64,000 nt of DNA, from assembly GCA_938083505.1 (NCBI GenBank), contig CALKCF010000007.1:64001-128000 (forward strand). The letters run 5' to 3'. The notes under the pieces are model-generated. The model worked only from the letters and a program-made list of their open reading frames with translations. It did no database searches and was not told where the DNA came from. The first letter of the stretch is position 1. Each line of letters opens with the position of its first letter. Origin of the DNA: an uncultured archaeon (GTDB taxonomy: Archaea > Thermoproteota > Nitrososphaeria_A > Caldarchaeales > Wolframiiraptoraceae). Positions 60,687-64,000 of this stretch are shown piece after piece. A program made the translations under genes and the position numbers.

Positions 60687-61157
60687 TCAGACCTCCTCTA
60701 CCAGCATGTTGATGGCGGATGTATTAAAAATATACCTTCCACTGTTAACCTTTATGACAAGACCAGACTTTCTCATATCGCTTAGCCTAGCTCTCGTAAC
60801 CCTTTCCTCTAAACCCGTGGCTGCCGAAATCTCCTTAGGAGAAAGCGCGTCATTTTCCAGAAGCCCAAGCACCCTACCCACGTATGCGGCCGCAAGACAT
60901 AGGAGTATTTTTTTCTTTGCGTCCGCCCGGGTTGAGACGATTATCCTACCATTTGTTATCTGAACATTTCCCGAAAGCAATAAGGCGATGTGGGAAACGT
61001 CGGCAGTTCCCATAAATTTCTTTAATATGGATAGAGACGGATAAAGCTCTGAAAGATACTTGTTAACGCTCATCCATACCTCTTCATAATTTCCGTCAAA
61101 CTCGACGGAAATGTCGTCATGTTGTATTCTTATCTTAAGACCTTTCGCATTTTGCAA
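60687..61157 (-). CDS. Hypothetical protein: same N-terminal domain plus wHTH
   Basis: KIRIQHDDISVEFDG..; LSPKEI..TG..RARLSDMRKSGLV..GRY. Confidence 0.75.
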   Translation of the reverse strand: MQNAKGLKIRIQHDDISVEFDGNYEEVWMSVNKYLSELYPSLSILKKFMGTADVSHIALLLSGNVQITNGRIIVSTRADAKKKILLCLAAAYVGRVLGLLENDALSPKEISAATGLEERVTRARLSDMRKSGLVIKVNSGRYIFNTSAINMLVEEV

Positions 61158-61224
61158 AGTCTTTAACCAATATATGAATTAAGAAATACATACATTAAAA
61201 TTTATCGTTGTTAAATAGTTTTTA

Positions 61225-63141
61225 TTAAAGAGTGTCGGATTTGAGTTCCTGAATCGCCTTTAATAGCATGCTGTTTATGAGTGCGCCATTAACCCTGCCC
61301 CTGTAATCTTTCATAAGCTTACCCATCAGCTTAGCCACGGCTTTCCTTTCGTCATTAAGAATCTCTTGTTTATGTTCTTTAACGAGTGTCTTAATCTTAT
61401 CCTCCACCTCTGAAGTCGGAGGAGACCAAAGACGGAGCTCCTCTATAATTTGCTCAACATTTTGTCCTTTTTGGGCTACGGCCGTTAAGACATCCCTAAC
61501 AGCTTCCTTCGCGACCTTACCACATGACACGAGTTCAAAGAATCTCATCATGTGCGCTTTGGTTATCTTCTCAATATTAATTCCATCCCTCCTTAAACTT
61601 CTGAGCAGTTCCGTCAACGTAGAGGCCACAAGAGTGGGGGGTGCTCCGGTTTTTGAGACGATGTCCTCGAAATCTTCAACCACCTCACTGTCTATAAGGT
61701 CATTTGCAAGCTGCTTGCTAAGCCCATACCTCTCTACGAGTTGTTGAGCCGTCGTGTCCAAAGTGGGTGGAAGCCTTGCTTTTAGAGACTCAATATAATC
61801 TTGTGAAATTACAATTGGTGGTATGTCAGTCTCTGGATACATCCTTGCTGAGCCCGGCCTCGGCCTCATATAAACGGTTGTCCCATCAGGTCTTGCTGCC
61901 CTAGTTTCTTCAGGCACACCGTCCAAGGCTTCCACAGCTCTTTCTTTAATAACATTTATTGCATCTAATGCTTTGCCTTCTTCAGCTGCCACTATGACCA
62001 CAGCATCGGATTCTCCAGCATGCGTTACATCTCTGAGAACCTTGACTTCCTCAACTGTTATTCCATAATTAGGGAGCTCATCCGTATGGAATATACCTTC
62101 TACTTCGCTCCATACCTTTACCCTTCCTGCAATCTCTGCACCGAGTCTTATACCGGGCGAGGGGTGTAGAGCCAACAATCCAGCAAATCCCTTTAATACT
62201 ATTGCGTATACAACGCCGCCCGCCTCGATCTGTCTTTTGATTACCCTGCTGGAAGTTTTAGAAAATATGGAGGTAACATCAACTGGTTTTGCGCCCCAGA
62301 TATCTTCTTTTTTAACACCACGCTTCAACAATTCCTCTTTTATCCACAAAAGATGCATCTGCCGCTTAACTTCGTTTTCCACAACCTTCTGGATGAGCTC
62401 AAGTTCTTGGACACCTTTTATCTCAACTGGTGCTCCACCTCGGATTGATATATTCAAATCTTGTCTGACGGTCCCTATACCTCTCTTAACTTTACCCGTT
62501 GCCCTTAATATCCTCCCTATGGCATAAGCTACTTCTATGGCCTCTTCAGGTGATTCAATGACGGGTTCTGTCGAAACTTCTATCAATGGTATGCCGAGTC
62601 TTGATAGGTCGTAATGAACCTCGTCCTTTCTAACCTCTATTATCCTAGCGGCATCTTCCTCGAGCGTTATTGCTTGTATGGGTATTATTTTGTTCTTTAT
62701 CTTTATTTGTCCTCCTATTGCGACTACACACGTGCGCTGGAACCCTGTCGTGTTAGAACCGTCTATGACTATCTTACGCATTACATGCACCTCATCAACC
62801 GGTTTAGAGTCAAGTAAAAGAGCAACTGTAAGGGCCACTTCAAGAGCCTCAGGATTTAAGTTATGCGGAGGTTCCTCGTCCATCTCGACCAGGCAAACAT
62901 TTTTGAGATCTGCATGGTAGATTATCGTCTTTCTTTTTCTTGATTCAAACATTGCAGCTGCGTCTACCATACCCAATTCGCTTTGAACTTCTCTCAGCCT
63001 TCTCATGAAAGTTATGCTTTCTGCACCTTCAACAGCCTCCGTAGGACAGTCGCAAAACAACTTCTTTTTTGTGTTTAGTTGCCTATGTATCTCCAGACCG
63101 ACTTTTAACCCTACTTTCGAGTAATCCTCCATATTCACCAC
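61225..63141 (-). CDS. gatE: Glu-tRNA(Gln) amidotransferase subunit E
   Basis: GLEIHRQL, DGSNTTGFQRT, LEEDA, RQDLN, HTDELP and RMYPETD. Confidence 0.97.
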   Translation of the reverse strand: MVNMEDYSKVGLKVGLEIHRQLNTKKKLFCDCPTEAVEGAESITFMRRLREVQSELGMVDAAAMFESRKRKTIIYHADLKNVCLVEMDEEPPHNLNPEALEVALTVALLLDSKPVDEVHVMRKIVIDGSNTTGFQRTCVVAIGGQIKIKNKIIPIQAITLEEDAARIIEVRKDEVHYDLSRLGIPLIEVSTEPVIESPEEAIEVAYAIGRILRATGKVKRGIGTVRQDLNISIRGGAPVEIKGVQELELIQKVVENEVKRQMHLLWIKEELLKRGVKKEDIWGAKPVDVTSIFSKTSSRVIKRQIEAGGVVYAIVLKGFAGLLALHPSPGIRLGAEIAGRVKVWSEVEGIFHTDELPNYGITVEEVKVLRDVTHAGESDAVVIVAAEEGKALDAINVIKERAVEALDGVPEETRAARPDGTTVYMRPRPGSARMYPETDIPPIVISQDYIESLKARLPPTLDTTAQQLVERYGLSKQLANDLIDSEVVEDFEDIVSKTGAPPTLVASTLTELLRSLRRDGINIEKITKAHMMRFFELVSCGKVAKEAVRDVLTAVAQKGQNVEQIIEELRLWSPPTSEVEDKIKTLVKEHKQEILNDERKAVAKLMGKLMKDYRGRVNGALINSMLLKAIQELKSDTL

Positions 63142-64000
63142 GAGCCAGTATTGGGCAAACTTCTCGAATAAATCTCTCCGGCGATATTCGTCAGCATAAG
63201 TTTTTTAACTTCATCCAATTCGGCACCGTCAGCAAGGTTGCCGAATGTCCACATAAGCTTAACGAGTGCAACCTCGGATAGCATGTCATCAAGCGGAACC
63301 ACACCTGCTTTTTGTAAATCCCTGCCACTATCATATACATTCATATTGACCCTTCCGAACTTACACTGAGATGTCATACCTATGAATATGCCATCCTTCG
63401 TTAGCTCCCTTATAACTGGTACCCAATCTGAGGAAACATGCCCTAATCCTGTCCCCTCTATTATGAAACCCTTTGTTCCCTTCTCGGCTAGAATTGTTAG
63501 TATGTCGGGTTTCATGGATGGGAAGAACTTAATGAGAAATGCTCTCTCATCAAACTTTGGTTTATAGATATACTCACTAGACCCCCTTGGGTTTAGATCG
63601 TTAGCCACTATCTTAAGCTCACCATGCTGATAGTAAGCAATTGGTTGCGAATTTACTGAACGGAAGGCATCCCTGCTACTTGTATGTAGCTTGATGACCC
63701 TAGTACCCCTATGTATGGCTATAACGTCGTCGGAGTGCCATTTATGCATAGCAACAACAACTTCACCGAAAGGCGCTCTGGCTGCTGTTGCGACAGCTGC
63801 AATTAAGTTAGTAGCAGCATCGCTTGAAGGTCTGTCCGAAGACCTTTGCGCACCAACAAGAACGATTGGAATAGGTGGCCTCTGGAGTGCGAAGCTAAGT
63901 GCCGCAGCCGTATATCCCATAGTATCTGTGCCATGCGTTAAGACCACACCATCTATGCTTTTACGAATAAAGCGGTCTATAGCTTCGGCCATTCCGATCC
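63135..64000 (-). CDS. gatD: Glu-tRNA(Gln) amidotransferase subunit D (3' part; 5' end beyond window)
   Basis: HGTDTM, QRSSDRPSSD, KLHTSSRDAF and GTGLGH; upstream of gatE. Confidence 0.95.
   Translation of the reverse strand, partial: IGMAEAIDRFIRKSIDGVVLTHGTDTMGYTAAALSFALQRPPIPIVLVGAQRSSDRPSSDAATNLIAAVATAARAPFGEVVVAMHKWHSDDVIAIHRGTRVIKLHTSSRDAFRSVNSQPIAYYQHGELKIVANDLNPRGSSEYIYKPKFDERAFLIKFFPSMKPDILTILAEKGTKGFIIEGTGLGHVSSDWVPVIRELTKDGIFIGMTSQCKFGRVNMNVYDSGRDLQKAGVVPLDDMLSEVALVKLMWTFGNLADGAELDEVKKLMLTNIAGEIYSRSLPNTGSW

Noticed and set aside
1-64000. CRISPR arrays, rRNA, IS elements
   Set aside because: No regularly spaced repeats, rRNA-like tracts or transposase motifs were seen by eye.

Overview
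This is an archaeal chromosome segment (GatDE, thermosome, tetraether synthase, BHB-intron tRNA); a Thermoproteota/TACK-type anaerobe is inferred, not demonstrated. Bases 1-3.1 kb hold a heavily decayed head-tail provirus remnant (portal, prohead protease, capsid-decoration gene, wHTH) abutting the 3' end of a two-intron tRNA-Gln(CTG). Bases 3.2-13.4 kb carry a PRTase, an SPPY-type DNA methyltransferase coupled to an unknown partner, an acyl-CoA dehydrogenase, nth, an SsuABC-like ABC transporter, nadC and tes. Bases 13.7-42.2 kb are the main signal: a ~28 kb redox supercluster. In it, a complete group 3c [NiFe]-hydrogenase/heterodisulfide reductase (mvhADG-hdrABC, hypABCDEF, maturation protease) is interleaved with a LipS1/LipS2/LplAB/LipT-type lipoate assembly set. 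The cluster also encodes a stand-alone lipoyl-carrier protein, OsmC, lysine-less GcvH paralogues, three HdrD-like modules (FAD-oxidase-linked, b-cytochrome-linked, and one decayed) and two AbrB-PhoU regulators. The best hypothesis is that a protein-bound lipoamide disulfide, rather than CoM-S-S-CoB or DsrC, is the substrate of an H2-driven bifurcating Hdr. Bases 42-64 kb are largely housekeeping: TrmB, UPF0182, a membrane Hsp20, thermosome, tRNA-Glu, cofE, two NOP2/RsmB enzymes, a GT-C fusion, ogg, a HerA-NurA pair, a wHTH triplet and gatDE. Two ~115-120 bp micro-inversions appear inside independent pseudogenes. No CRISPR array, rRNA or intact transposase was seen. All calls are from motif reading by eye; no database searches were run.
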